DNA of 64,000 nt from Candidatus Bathyarchaeota archaeon (GCA_963733055.1 CAVTBR010000003.1:32001-96000); one strand, 5' to 3'. Positions 39,500-50,246 are shown, numbered from the stretch's first letter. The notes: generated from the letters alone by a model not told the origin. Numbers and translations are program-made.

Positions 39500-40767
39500 A
39501 TGGCTCAAGCGGTTCTCAAAACTGAGAAGAAAACAGAGGAAGTAGTGCAACCGGAAGTGAATATTGGGACGCTTGGGCACGTTGACAACGGCAAGAGCAC
39601 ACTTGTTCAGGCTCTGACCGGACAGTGGACTGCGCGCCACTCTGAGGAACTGCGAAGAGGAATTACGATTAGAATAGGATATGCTGACGCTTTCATATAC
39701 AAGTGCCCAACGTGTCGCGCTCCAAGTAACTACACGGTGCACCCAAAATGCCCTAACTGCGGTAGCGAGGCAAAGCTCATGCGGGCAGTAAGTTTCGTCG
39801 ACTGCCCCGGACACCATAGTCTCATGGTCACTATGCTCTCAGGCTCGGCACTGATGGATGGCGCATTGTTTGTCTTGGCAAGCAGCGCAAAATGTCCTCA
39901 GGCCCAAGACAGAGAGCACCTGCTTGCCGGGAGAGCGTTGGCATTAAGAAGCTCGTTATCGTGCAAAACAAGATTGATGTTGTCACAAAAGAGAGGGCGC
40001 AGGAGAATTACAAGGAGATTCGGGCATTTGTTAAAGGGACCATCGCGGATGGAGCCCCCATCATCCCGATTTCCGCTCAGCACGGAACGAATATTGACGT
40101 GCTACTGAAGGAAATCGAGGATAACATTCCTACCCCGAAGCGTGACTTTACGGCCCCGCCTAGGCTGTACGTTTTGCGTTCCTTCGAGGTAAACAAGCCT
40201 GGGACCGAAATCGATGACCTAGTTGGGGGAGTGATCGGGGGGTCGATCGTACAGGGCCTCTTTCGTGTCGGCGACCAGATCGAAATAAAGCCGGGCATTC
40301 CAATTCAAGAAGGAGGAAAGACTCGGTACGAGAGGTTACTCACGACAGTAAGAAGCCTTAGCGTTAGCCGGGGACAGGTGCAAGAGGCGAAAAGCGGAGG
40401 ATTGGTCGGCCTCGGAACTGACTTAGATCCTTCACTCACAAAGTCCGACGGGCTTGTCGGGAGCGTCGCCGGAAAAGTTGACACTCTGCCACCCACTGTG
40501 GGGAAGATAACTCTCGAAGTGAGCCTTTTCGAAAAGGTCGTAGGGACCGAGTTAGCCGTTCCGGTTGAGAAGATCAGAACAAACGAGGCTCTCGTGTTGA
40601 ACGTGGGAACAACCGTTACCTCAGGGCTAGTGAGTTCAGCTCGAGAATCCTTGATTGATGTTACGCTCAAGAAACCTGTGTGCGCCGAGCCCGGGTCGAA
40701 GGTCGCAATAAGTCGAAGAATCTCGGACAGCTGGCGGTTGATTGGTTTCGGAGCACTGAAGGCCTAG
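39500..40767 (+). CDS. eif2g: Translation initiation factor aIF2 gamma, frameshift near 39930
   Basis: [25 protein letters not shown], then QNKID and WRLIG in next frame. Confidence 0.95.
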
Positions 40768-40769
40768 AA

Positions 40770-41177
40770 ATGCCCGTCAAAGTAATTCTCGATTCCAACT
40801 TTCTGATGATACCGTTCCAGTTCCACCTGGATATCTTTCAAGAGTTGGAATACTTATTCCAGAAGAAAGTCGACCTCGTAGTTCCTTCCGCCGTTAAGAG
40901 TGAACTTACACAGATTTCAGCGCGAGGCGGAGAAGGCGCTGCTGAAGCTTCATTGGCACTTCAGCTTGCATCACGCTGCCGCGTAGTTGAAGTGGCACTC
41001 AACCCAGGTGAGACGGTCGATGATGCAATAGTTAAGGCGTCCCAAAAGCTTGGGGCCGTCGTCGCGACGAACGACATCGAACTCAAAAAGAAGCTAAGAG
41101 ATATTAACATCCCGGTTGTGTACCTCAGAGATAAATCAAAACTAGAAGTCGAAGGTATCGAGCCTGCCTACTTCTAG
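40770..41177 (+). CDS. PIN-domain protein (Fcf1/Utp24-like)
   Basis: ILDSNFL, VDD, VATND; conserved position between eif2g and rpo7. Confidence 0.85.
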   Translation: MPVKVILDSNFLMIPFQFHLDIFQELEYLFQKKVDLVVPSAVKSELTQISARGGEGAAEASLALQLASRCRVVEVALNPGETVDDAIVKASQKLGAVVATNDIELKKKLRDINIPVVYLRDKSKLEVEGIEPAYF

Positions 41178-41209
41178 ACCGACATGATGCTTACGCGAGG
41201 ATAAGAAAA

Positions 41210-41785
41210 ATGTTCAGATTGGTAACCGTGGAGGACATAGTTAGGATTCCGCCGCAAAGCTTCGGGCATCCCATCGACAAGGCCGCGAAAGATCAGATCA
41301 AACTAAAATACGAAAACGTAGTCGACGAAGAACTAGGGTATGTAATCCTCGTTGTAGACGTTGACGTCGATGCAGTGGGAAAGATTCTGCCCGGAGACGG
41401 CTCGACGTATCATAAGGTCAGTTTCAAATTGCTATCATTCTACCCTGAAATGCATGAGGTCGTCGAGGGCGAAGTCGTAGAGGTTACTGATTTCGGGGCT
41501 TTCGTTAGGATCGGACCCGAGGACGCACTGCTTCACGTTTCGCAGATCATGGACGATTACATCTCCTTCGATGAGAAGCATGGAGTACTTGTTGGCAAAG
41601 AGTCGCAAAGGAAGTTAGGTAAGGGCGATATGGTGAGAGGACGCATTATTGCTGTAAGTTTCCCTCGCGGCGGAGCAGGAGGCAAGATCGGTATCACTAT
41701 GCGCCAGCCTTTCCTCGGCAAGCTCGACTGGATTGAAGGCGATATCAAACGGACAAAGGTCGTTCGTGAGGAGAAGGCTTCTTGA
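41210..41785 (+). CDS. rpo7: RNA polymerase subunit Rpo7 (E')
   Basis: VRIPP, EVVEGEV, FGAFV, HVSQI, TMRQPFLGK. Confidence 0.96.
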   Translation: MFRLVTVEDIVRIPPQSFGHPIDKAAKDQIKLKYENVVDEELGYVILVVDVDVDAVGKILPGDGSTYHKVSFKLLSFYPEMHEVVEGEVVEVTDFGAFVRIGPEDALLHVSQIMDDYISFDEKHGVLVGKESQRKLGKGDMVRGRIIAVSFPRGGAGGKIGITMRQPFLGKLDWIEGDIKRTKVVREEKAS

Positions 41786-41967
41786 CGGACAAGGCGTGCA
41801 AGAATTGCAGATACATCAGTAATGGCCCGATTTGTCCGAACTGTAAGTCGACGAACCTGAGCGACGATTGGAGCGGGCTTGTGGTTATCGTGGACCCCAA
41901 CGCGTCCGATGTCGCGAAAAGAATGGGCATCAAAGCCGCAGGACGATACGCAGTACGTGTCCGCTGA
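41782..41967 (+). CDS. spt4: Transcription elongation factor Spt4 (RpoE'')
   Basis: ACKNC, CPNC, W.G.V.I.DP, G.YA. Confidence 0.95.
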   Translation: MTDKACKNCRYISNGPICPNCKSTNLSDDWSGLVVIVDPNASDVAKRMGIKAAGRYAVRVR

Positions 41968-41993
41968 CGACCCTTAGCGACAAGCTGTTCCAC

Positions 41994-42512
41994 GTGACAA
42001 GTTACGTACTAACAGCAAAACTGAGAAAAACGCTCAGTCGGCCATTAGGCGTTCTCGTGTCAGGAAACGAAGATGAATGTAATCGAATCTTGAGGGAAGT
42101 CATCGCCAAGGAGAACCCAACCAAGGTAATTCTTGTAGGGGACACCGTATCTAGAAACGCAGCTCAGATGGGCATCAGATCAGATCTAATGATCATCGAT
42201 AACCTCAAGAAGCGGACTAAAGCAAAGCCATACACGTTTCAATCGAAGGTAAAGATCAGAACCACTAACCATGCCGGAATGATCGAGGCCAAAGCGAGGG
42301 AGGCCGTCGAGCAAGCCGTCCTCAGGGGGAGTGACCTAATTGAAGTGGACGGCGAGGAGGACTTACTTGCGATCGTTGCAGTGCAGACCTCGCCAGTTGG
42401 TTCGTTGGTAGTCTACGGGCAACCTGGCGAGGGCATTGTTCTCGTCAGGGTTTCAGAAGCAAAGAAAGCCGAGGCTCAGGCGATCATCGAGCAGATGGAG
42501 AAGAAAAGTTAG
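41994..42512 (+). CDS. DUF359 protein (archaeal GTP-dependent dephospho-CoA kinase family)
   Basis: VGD, VDGEEDL, YGQPGEG; GTG start. Confidence 0.87.
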   Translation: MTSYVLTAKLRKTLSRPLGVLVSGNEDECNRILREVIAKENPTKVILVGDTVSRNAAQMGIRSDLMIIDNLKKRTKAKPYTFQSKVKIRTTNHAGMIEAKAREAVEQAVLRGSDLIEVDGEEDLLAIVAVQTSPVGSLVVYGQPGEGIVLVRVSEAKKAEAQAIIEQMEKKS

Positions 42513-42514
42513 AA

Positions 42515-42733
42515 TTACTTAGCCTTAACGAAGTCTGTGAAGCTACAGGAACCGCAAGTCCACCGCTCCACCGGACTCTTATGATATGCCATAATGTTTC
42601 CGCAACGCGGGCATTTACGGTTCTTCAGTTTTATCGTTCCCTTTTCGGAATCAACTTCATAGAGGCCACCCAACCTCGCCTTGGGCCCTTTCTTCTCACT
42701 CGGCTTGCTCTCAGTCGCTTTGGTTTCGCTCAC
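42515..42733 (-). CDS. rps27ae: 30S ribosomal protein eS31 (S27Ae)
   Basis: CPRCG..MA.H....R..CGSC. Confidence 0.93.
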   Translation of the reverse strand: MSETKATESKPSEKKGPKARLGGLYEVDSEKGTIKLKNRKCPRCGNIMAYHKSPVERWTCGSCSFTDFVKAK

Positions 42734-43209
42734 TTGGCCTCACTATCCTTACCTTTCTTTGCAGCCTCACCAGCGGGTTTCCCCTCTGTCTTTGGCTTAG
42801 CTTCCTTTGCTTGCTCCGCAGGTTTCTCTGGCTTAGCCTCGGCGGCCGGCTTTCCGGCCTTAGGCTTCTCGGGCTTCGGCTTTGGTTCCTCTTTCTTTGC
42901 CTCCTGTTCCCTTACCTTCTTCCGTTCCTCGGGGGGAAGGTTGCGGGTCTGGATATACTTCGGGACTGTTTGCTTAGCAATTTCGGCGTCGTCATAAACT
43001 TCGACTGCGCAGACGGCGTTTTGTGTTCCGGTTCTGGTTTCCACATCTACAATGAACACGTTCTCGGGTTTAGTGTTATATTTCGAGGCAACCGCCTTTC
43101 GCAACTCCAATCTGGAAGGGGTCCCTTGGCGCTCATGATCGACTTCAATGTTCACTTCTTTACGTTTGAGAAGCGGATTATACGTGTCCTGTTTGACTTT
43201 GAAATCCAT
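42730..43209 (-). CDS. rps24e: 30S ribosomal protein eS24 with long K/E/P/A tail
   Basis: NPLLKRKE, TPSR, VY, P.YI..RN. Confidence 0.92.
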   Translation of the reverse strand: MDFKVKQDTYNPLLKRKEVNIEVDHERQGTPSRLELRKAVASKYNTKPENVFIVDVETRTGTQNAVCAVEVYDDAEIAKQTVPKYIQTRNLPPEERKKVREQEAKKEEPKPKPEKPKAGKPAAEAKPEKPAEQAKEAKPKTEGKPAGEAAKKGKDSEAK

Positions 43210-43221
43210 GGTAATGTCCGC

Positions 43222-43695
43222 CTATCTTCCTTTCTTCGCTGACTTCTTCGCTGCAGTCTTCGGGCGTGGCTTCTCTGGCGGCTTCGACGGGGGTGCCTTC
43301 GATGGTGCTGCCGGTTTCGCTTCAACGGGCCGCTTTGGTTCGGCGGGTGCTTCTTTGGTGAGAGCGAAGTTGATTTGGTAGGTTTCGTCGGTTATCGTTC
43401 TCCCACGTACCAGCTTCCTTCTTCTTTCGCCGTTTCGAGTGGGCTTGAACCCCGGGCCGGATGAGAGGACGATGTATTTCTTCACTCCCCCGTGCACGTC
43501 TGCTCGCATGGGTATCCCATTCTTGTCACACCCGCCTGTTATGCGAAGCTTTGATTGAGCAATACCCAAGGGCGAACCGTCTATCGTCTCGCCCAGTGAA
43601 CGACCTATCAGAGCCTGGGCTCTAGCTCCCTCGAGCTCGCTAGCTGAGGACTTACCATTCGCGGGGTCAGAGACTATCAGCTTGAATTTCGCCAT
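43222..43695 (-). CDS. rps6e: 30S ribosomal protein eS6 with K/P/A tail
   Basis: MAKFKLIVSDP, ITGG.D..G.PM, GERRRK.VRG, QIN. Confidence 0.94.
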   Translation of the reverse strand: MAKFKLIVSDPANGKSSASELEGARAQALIGRSLGETIDGSPLGIAQSKLRITGGCDKNGIPMRADVHGGVKKYIVLSSGPGFKPTRNGERRRKLVRGRTITDETYQINFALTKEAPAEPKRPVEAKPAAPSKAPPSKPPEKPRPKTAAKKSAKKGR

Positions 43696-43873
43696 TACGA
43701 TGACCTTGTTGAAAGTTTGGAACGGTACTACCGACTGAGGGCCTTTTATTAACATTACATTGCTTGGCCGCACGAGCTCTAAAGTAGATCAGCTCGAAAT
43801 GGTGATTAATCAAATGCTGAAGAATTAGAAAGCTGAACCCATGCCCTGCTAATCGAACTAAACTAACGGCAAC

Positions 43874-44254
43874 CTAGTAGTGGTGAGGTGATTGCCGGCC
43901 GGGATTGCTTCGCAGGAACAACTTTAGCTCCGATATGCTGAGGAATCCATGTTCTCTCTTTTCCTCGCCGACCGCCTCTAGCCAAATGTGTTTGGCTTTC
44001 CGCCCTTCCACCTCATGAATCAGCTCTTCCACAGTCAATGCTCTCAGGGTGCTAGGTGGACTCCCTTCTTTGACACGACGAGCCAACGTCACTCTTTCGG
44101 ATGGTTTGAGACCTCCTTGGAGCTTGAAGTAACTCATCGAATCGCTTTCCGAGCGCAGAATACCAACCGTTGTTGAATCCTTCAACTCAATCAAAAGCAT
44201 AGAATACTGATGAATTTCGCTTATCGCTTGAAGTACGTCACTCGCGGAGATCAT
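43874..44254 (-). CDS. Hypothetical protein
   Basis: Fills the intergenic gap, plausible composition, no recognised motif. Confidence 0.45.
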   Translation of the reverse strand: MISASDVLQAISEIHQYSMLLIELKDSTTVGILRSESDSMSYFKLQGGLKPSERVTLARRVKEGSPPSTLRALTVEELIHEVEGRKAKHIWLEAVGEEKREHGFLSISELKLFLRSNPGRQSPHHY

Positions 44255-44471
44255 CGGGATCAGAGTCCATCTCGCGACGACAACCAGTCGCAACTGGGCG
44301 CAGTGCCTATTCAAGTTTCATGGCAAATCAGCGAATCGGCTGGCCTTTCGTGACAAGAGAATTCGGAAGCTTCAATTTTGCAAGCCGGTGAGCCAAATTT
44401 TGCGGCAGAAACGTTCTTAAAAGGCACACATGACCTTACGCTATAAATTGGCAAATGTGCGGTGAAAGCGA

Positions 44472-44858
44472 ATGCCAAAATCGTTCTACGTTAAGTTCGA
44501 AGTCCCGAAGGAGCTTTCAGAGAAGGCTCTGCAGGTTGTACAGGTCGCTAAGGATTCTGGGAAAGTCAGGAAGGGAACCAACGAAAGCACAAAAGCGGTT
44601 GAAAGGGCGGTCGCGAGGCTTGTTCTCATCGCGGAGGATGTGGACCCACCCCAAGTAGTCGCGCACATTCCGATTCTGTGCGAGGAACGCAAGATCCCTT
44701 ACCTTTTTGTTCCCAGCAAACTTGACCTAGGCCGGGCTGCAGGTATTGATGTTGGCTGTGCGGCAGTGACCGTCCTGGAAGCTGGCGAAGGCGCCAAATC
44801 GCTTAAGGAAGTTACCGACTCAATCGATCAACTGAAGAAAACTGGGGCTAAATCTTAG
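44472..44858 (+). CDS. rpl7ae: 50S ribosomal protein eL8 / L7Ae
   Basis: KGTNE.TK..ER, IAEDVDP, LC.E..IPY, LG.AAG. Confidence 0.97.
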   Translation: MPKSFYVKFEVPKELSEKALQVVQVAKDSGKVRKGTNESTKAVERAVARLVLIAEDVDPPQVVAHIPILCEERKIPYLFVPSKLDLGRAAGIDVGCAAVTVLEAGEGAKSLKEVTDSIDQLKKTGAKS

Positions 44859-44860
44859 GC

Positions 44861-45085
44861 ATGAGTGCGGCCAAGGAGCGCTCCGAGGAGGCCATTACGC
44901 CCGCCGAAGTTACTCAGATAATAGGAAGAACAGGCGTGACGGGTGAGGTCATCCAGGTTCGAGTTAGGATCTTAGAGGGTCGGGACAAAGGCCGAGTCAT
45001 TACAAGGAATATCAAGGGCCCAATACGTACTGGAGACGTTCTAATGCTTAGGGAAACCGAGAGGGAAGCCAAGAAGATTAGGTAG
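44861..45085 (+). CDS. rps28e: 30S ribosomal protein eS28
   Basis: GRTG..GE, RN.KGP, ETEREA. Confidence 0.96.
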   Translation: MSAAKERSEEAITPAEVTQIIGRTGVTGEVIQVRVRILEGRDKGRVITRNIKGPIRTGDVLMLRETEREAKKIR

Positions 45086-45102
45086 GGAGACGCGTCTGAG
45101 AG

Positions 45103-45297
45103 TTGCCGAGAACCCATACATGCTCCTTTTGTGGAAAGGACTTCCACCAAGGAACAGGCATCATGTTTATTCAAAATGACGGGTCGATTTTCTATTTCTG
45201 TTCGACCAAATGCAGGAAGAGCATGATGGTCTACAAGAGGGATCCACGGAAGCTGAAGTGGACCCTGTACTATGGGAAGAAGGAAAGAGGCAAGTAG
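45103..45297 (+). CDS. rpl24e: 50S ribosomal protein eL24
   Basis: CSFCG, GTG, FCSTKC, PRKLKWT. Confidence 0.96.
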   Translation: MPRTHTCSFCGKDFHQGTGIMFIQNDGSIFYFCSTKCRKSMMVYKRDPRKLKWTLYYGKKERGK

Positions 45298-45308
45298 GCC
45301 CGTTAGCG

Positions 45309-45767
45309 TTGGAAACGGAGCAGACGTTTTCTTTTCTTAAGCCCGAAAGCGTCATGAGAGGGTTTGTTGGCGAAATCGTCTCTCGATTTGAGAAAAAGGG
45401 TCTCGTCTTGGTCGGCGCAAAGTTGATTCAAATGTCGAGAGAGCAGGCCGAAAAGTTGTACGGTGTGCACAAGGGTAAACCCTTCTTCAATGAGCTTGTG
45501 TCTCATGTCACGTCCGGACCTGTCTTCTTGATGGTTTGGGAAGGTCCGAACGCTGTCACGGTTGTTAGGAATCTAGTGGGAGCCACGAATCCACTCAACG
45601 CGGCGGCTGGAACGATTCGGGGGGACTTTGCTCTTCAAGTAACTCCAAATGCTATTCATGGGGCTGATTCGCCGGAGAACGCCAAACGGGAAATGTCAAT
45701 CTTCTTCTCAAGTAGTGAGTTTACGAAATATTCCAAACCGACGGAACGCGAATTCTTGCTAAAATGA
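45309..45767 (+). CDS. ndk: Nucleoside diphosphate kinase
   Basis: [32 protein letters not shown]; TTG start. Confidence 0.95.
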   Translation: METEQTFSFLKPESVMRGFVGEIVSRFEKKGLVLVGAKLIQMSREQAEKLYGVHKGKPFFNELVSHVTSGPVFLMVWEGPNAVTVVRNLVGATNPLNAAAGTIRGDFALQVTPNAIHGADSPENAKREMSIFFSSSEFTKYSKPTEREFLLK

Positions 45768-45768
45768 C

Positions 45769-47548
45769 TTAGAAACCCCAGACGGGATTCTCTCTTCTCT
45801 TGAGCTGAATTAACTCCTTTATCGTTTCCTGGTCGCTCTCAACGAGTTCGGATGGGAATTTCGTGGTAAGCGTCTTCAAGTGCCTTTCAGGTACATCTAC
45901 ATAAATCGTGTCGCCTTCGGAGAGGTTCCGTCCAACAACACCATCTTCTATGGAAACCGCCACTTGACTACCGACGACAGCTTCTTGCACGTCCTTGCCT
46001 TGATCCTGCATCCTCTGAACCAGACCCAATTTCTTCCCAGATGAGGATATGAGCGGGTACTTCGGTTTCAGTCGGCCCGTAACAATCTCTAGACCCACAA
46101 TCGCGGGTTTGCTCCGTCTAAAAATGAACCCCGAAAGGAATCTGGCTTTGCAAGGTCTTACTAACTGCGTCTAGTTCCGCCTTCACTCCTGCGCTCCGTT
46201 GTTCCTCATTCCACCTCAAATAATCCTCCATCATATGGTAGATAACGTCAGAATGAAAGATCGGCGTCTCGCTAATTCTCGACTCTTCCTCAGCGTCGGG
46301 AAGAATCTTGACATTGAAAGCCAGAATTACCCTCAACAAACGGTCTTCTTGACTGGCCGTTTCAGCCTCTACTACGTCACGCTTCGAAACGTCACCAATA
46401 TCTGCCAAGTGGATTGGAATGTCATGTCGTGAGAGCTCTTCTGTAACCGCTTCCAACGATCCCAGAGTATCAGTCTTAAGGACAATTCCGGAGCGCTCAG
46501 TCTTTATTCGAAGCTTCTCAACCTCATCTTCTATAATTCGAACGTATTCCTTAGTGTTCTTTCCTTTCGGTACAGCGTATATGGTTGAACCAGCAAGTGC
46601 ACTTTCCAGCGAAGGTGCAGCGATTTTGACTCCGGAAGCCGCTGTAACTCTACGCACGCTAGTGAATCGGTCCTTCGGATCCCTGATCTCGTCAAGAGGT
46701 TTGGGCACGAGTATGGCACGGACTTCCGTTACTATTGGTTTGTCACGCCCGCCCAGAACAATTGTATCATGAATTTTCAACGATCCGTCGTAGATTATAG
46801 CGTTGACCGTAGTCCCGAGCCCCGGCTCATCTTTTACCTCTAGTATCGTTCCACGCGCCGGGCCCGAGGTGACTTGGAGTTCGTTTTCAAGGTAAGCCTG
46901 TGTCAAGCCAGTCAGGATGGCAAGCAATTCTGGAATTCCTTCACCCGTTTTCGCGCTCACTGGAATTATCGCCACGTTTTGTTTGAAATCTGCTATTCTA
47001 TCAAACCGTTCCGCGCGAAATCCGAGCCTAGATAGTGTCCCAAGAATCGTGTATACTCGATTGTCCAGCTCGGTTTGCACTTCTGGAAACTGATCCTTGA
47101 GCGAGCGGAGAAACGAAGAGTCGCTTTGCGATTTCCATCCCGGGATCGCATCAATCTTGTTGGCAGCAACAATGAATGGTGTTTTTCTACTCTTGAGAAT
47201 GTTTATGGATTCTACCGTCTGAGGTTCTATACCCTTCGTGACGTCGACGACGAGAATCGCGATATCTGCCGCCGAGCCGCCTCTTCTTCGCAGGTTCGAG
47301 AAAGTCTCATGCCCTGGCGTGTCGATGAAGAGAAGACCGGGAACTTTTAGCTCAAAATGAAACTGCTGTAGGAGGTCGCCGCAGATACGCCGGATTGTCT
47401 CGCTCGGAAGCAGGCTTGCTCCAATTAACTGAGTGATCAGTCCAGGCTCGTGTTTAGCGACAGTTGTACCACGCAGCTTGTCCAGTAACGTGGTCTTTCC
47501 ATGGTCTACATGACCAAGCACAACGACGATTGGTTGACGTATCGGCAA
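45769..47548 (-). CDS. infB: Translation initiation factor aIF5B (IF2), frameshift near 46165
   Basis: RQPIV, GHVDHGKT, DTPGHE, NKID, DTLGSLEA; C-terminal part (FRRSKPAIVG...WG) in shifted frame. Confidence 0.94.
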
Positions 47549-47768
47549 ACATCTCACGCACGGATGATATTTTCATACAAGCGTAGAAGCAGTTTGCCCT
47601 TAAACTTTGCACGGATTAGAACGTTGTTTGCGGTGCGAGGCCTGCTTTTCCATAGTAGGGATTGCTTACTATCGTTGTTCCGAACTCATCGGGTGAGAGT
47701 ACCGTTCTATTTCAGTTGCGGCCATCAACTTAGCACAAAATCGCTTAGGAATGACACGTTAGTCGTTT

Positions 47769-49652
47769 TCACCTGATCAGCCTTGCAGAGTTGAGAATGA
47801 AGATAAGCTCGGAGACAACATGTATTCCCGCAGCCAAGAGCGGGCTCAGGAACCCTAAGAATGCAAGAGTGACGCCTATTCCATCTACGACGACTGTTCC
47901 ATAGAAGTTTGTCATTATTGTGCGATAGGCTTTCTTACTCAGCCTTGCAACGTCTGCAATCTTTTGAAGGTCATTCGTCATCAGAACTATGGCTGCTTCT
48001 TCAATTGCAACGTCAGTTCCAGCTCCCATTCCGATTCCGACGCTAGCCCGCGCTAGTGCGGGCGCGTCGTTGATGCCGTCGCCAGCCATCGCGACTCTGT
48101 GGCCTTCAGCGACGAGCTTTTCGACTAGAGCAACCTTGTCTCCTGGGAGCAATTCTGCGTATACTTCGTCTATCCCTACTTCGTTCGCTACGATCTGAGC
48201 CGCGACTTTGTTGTCGCCTGTGAGCATTATCGTTTTTATTCCCATGTTTCTTAGGTCTGTCATTGCTTTTCTGCTCTCGTCTCTAATTCTGTCGGCGACA
48301 GCAATGAGCCCACATACCTTGTTCTCGTGGGCGACGTATACCGCAGTTTTTCCTTGAGCGGCCTGCGTCGTCGATATGGACAGGGCCTCCCGCGAGATTG
48401 CAATACCTTTCTCACGCAGCAAAGTACCGTTGCCGACTAGGATGCTATGTCCCTCACTTTCTACGGCAACTCCCTTACCCGGCACGTAACTGAATGTTGA
48501 GTGTGCGATTCCCCTCACGCCAAGCTCTGAAGCTTTTTCGACGATCGCACCCGCAATCGGGTGATTCAGGTACCGTTCTGCGGTTACTGCAAATTGAAGT
48601 ACTTGTTGAGTGTTACAATTGTCTACCGCTGTCACATCCGTAACGATAGGCGTGCCAAAAGTCAATGTTCCAGTTTTATCAATTACAACTGTGTCTATGC
48701 GGCTCATTTCCTCGACATAGACCCCTCCCTTGATGATGGCCCCTCGCTTTGCCGCCTTGCCCATGATCGCAACTATCGCGAGCGGAGTTCCTGCAGCAAC
48801 TCCACACGCACCGGCAACCACAATGACCGAAAGCGTTGACGTCAGGTTTCTCGTAAGCAAAAAGGTGAGGACAGAGAAACCAATCGCAAATTCAACCAAC
48901 CACGTAGCAAGCCGGTCCGAAGTCTTCTGTATGGGGGCCTTCTTGTTTTCCGCCTCCTCCACGAGTTTAATGATCTTTCCGAATAAGGTCTCGCTACCAA
49001 CCTTGGCCGTCCGCACCTCGACAATGCCTGATTCATTTACGCTTCCGGCGTAAACCGTATCCCCACTACTCTTCTCAACTCTTGCTGATTCGCCGGTCAT
49101 CATGGATTGGTTGACGAATGCTGACCCAGCGACAATCGTTCCGTCCACGGGTATGCGCTCGCCATCCCGCACAATGACGACATCGTTCGGTTGGAGCGAT
49201 TCTATGTCAGCTTCAATTTCGGTATCGTTACGTCTAACAAGGGCTCTCTTTGGGTCTGACTTTTCGAGCAGAGTTATGGTTTGCCGTCCTTTATCGACTG
49301 CATAGGTCTCGATGTACTCTGATAGGAGGACGAAGAATGTGATTACCACCGACACGGTATACTGCCCGACAATAAGCGAAGCTAGGATCGCAACGGTCAT
49401 GGACACCTCCATATTCACGTGACCATGTCTGAGCGCCCCGAATGTTTCTTTGTAAACTGGGTAGCCGCCCGCTAAGGTCGCGAGTATGGCAATGAAGTCG
49501 ATCGGTAGGAACGTATGCCATATTCCGACCCAGCTGAGCAGCGCGGCAACGCCCATGAACGAAAGTCGTAGCAGCTCTCGCGACGTGTTCCCTTTGTGTT
49601 CTTCCTGTGCCTCATCGTCTTCTTTACTTCTCTCCTGCTTACTGCTCATCAC
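47769..49652 (-). CDS. P1B-type heavy-metal ATPase with GACG TM motif
   Basis: TGES, DKTGTLT, HP, MLTGD, GDGINDAP; VVAGACG in place of CPC; no N-terminal HMA domain. Confidence 0.92.
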   Translation of the reverse strand: MMSSKQERSKEDDEAQEEHKGNTSRELLRLSFMGVAALLSWVGIWHTFLPIDFIAILATLAGGYPVYKETFGALRHGHVNMEVSMTVAILASLIVGQYTVSVVITFFVLLSEYIETYAVDKGRQTITLLEKSDPKRALVRRNDTEIEADIESLQPNDVVIVRDGERIPVDGTIVAGSAFVNQSMMTGESARVEKSSGDTVYAGSVNESGIVEVRTAKVGSETLFGKIIKLVEEAENKKAPIQKTSDRLATWLVEFAIGFSVLTFLLTRNLTSTLSVIVVAGACGVAAGTPLAIVAIMGKAAKRGAIIKGGVYVEEMSRIDTVVIDKTGTLTFGTPIVTDVTAVDNCNTQQVLQFAVTAERYLNHPIAGAIVEKASELGVRGIAHSTFSYVPGKGVAVESEGHSILVGNGTLLREKGIAISREALSISTTQAAQGKTAVYVAHENKVCGLIAVADRIRDESRKAMTDLRNMGIKTIMLTGDNKVAAQIVANEVGIDEVYAELLPGDKVALVEKLVAEGHRVAMAGDGINDAPALARASVGIGMGAGTDVAIEEAAIVLMTNDLQKIADVARLSKKAYRTIMTNFYGTVVVDGIGVTLAFLGFLSPLLAAGIHVVSELIFILNSARLIR

Positions 49653-49684
49653 TAAGGTCTTCCCTTTCTATTGGCGTGCATCAC

Positions 49685-49948
49685 TCATCGAGTTCTGGCA
49701 ATAACTTCCTGAAGTTCAAGAGCCGCCTCAGAAGCAGACTTGTTCTTCCCAGATTTTGCGACGCAGTCTTCTACCAAATCTTCAACGATAATCTGCACCG
49801 CACTGTCTAACCCTGCCTGTACAGCAGAGATCTGCTGGACAACCTCAGAGTAGGACCTCCCCTGCTCAAGCATTTCCATTATTCCGTGCACGTGGCCATG
49901 AATTCGGGCAATCCTCTTGGCCACATCATCCCTCTTGTGCGACGACAT
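49685..49948 (-). CDS. CsoR/RcnR-family repressor
   Basis: KRIARIHGHVHGIMEM, QISAV..GL; directly upstream of P1B ATPase. Confidence 0.88.
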   Translation of the reverse strand: MSSHKRDDVAKRIARIHGHVHGIMEMLEQGRSYSEVVQQISAVQAGLDSAVQIIVEDLVEDCVAKSGKNKSASEAALELQEVIARTR

Positions 49949-49952
49949 ATCC

Positions 49953-49971
49953 TATCCTAGGGGGGAGGATA
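49953..49971. promoter_or_regulatory. CsoR/RcnR-type operator
   Basis: TATCCT-AGGGGGG-AGGATA inverted repeat around a G tract, 4 nt from the repressor ATG. Confidence 0.7.
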
Positions 49972-50246
49972 CGAGCAGGAGGGATATAACTCAATCCCAT
50001 GAGCTTGTCAGGCCTGCAGGAGCGAACACATTCATCGGTTCAAGAGTCGATGGCAAATGGAGTTATGTTATAGGGATCAACAGCTTTGCTCTGGACCAAT
50101 CCCGGTCCAGAACGGCACGCGAGGTCATGTCAAGGCGCAAGGCGAAGTAACAGCGTGGAACATTTGGAATAAGACGCCGAAAGTATGCACGATGTTTTTA
50201 CACGAGTCAGATTAGCTTTCGCACTGGGTTCTACGGGGCTATAGCG

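Noticed and set aside
43798-43845. Third box C/D sRNA (GTGATTA...CTGA...CTGA)
   Set aside because: Too short, no C' box, weak terminal stem and no recognisable target.
44420-44470. Autoregulatory K-turn in the l7ae 5' UTR
   Set aside because: A GCACA/TGTGC stem and a GA are present, but the opposing GA for tandem sheared pairs is missing.
39500-47548. aIF2-gamma and aIF5B as pseudogenes
   Set aside because: Essential genes with a single indel each and no other decay; sequencing error is more parsimonious.
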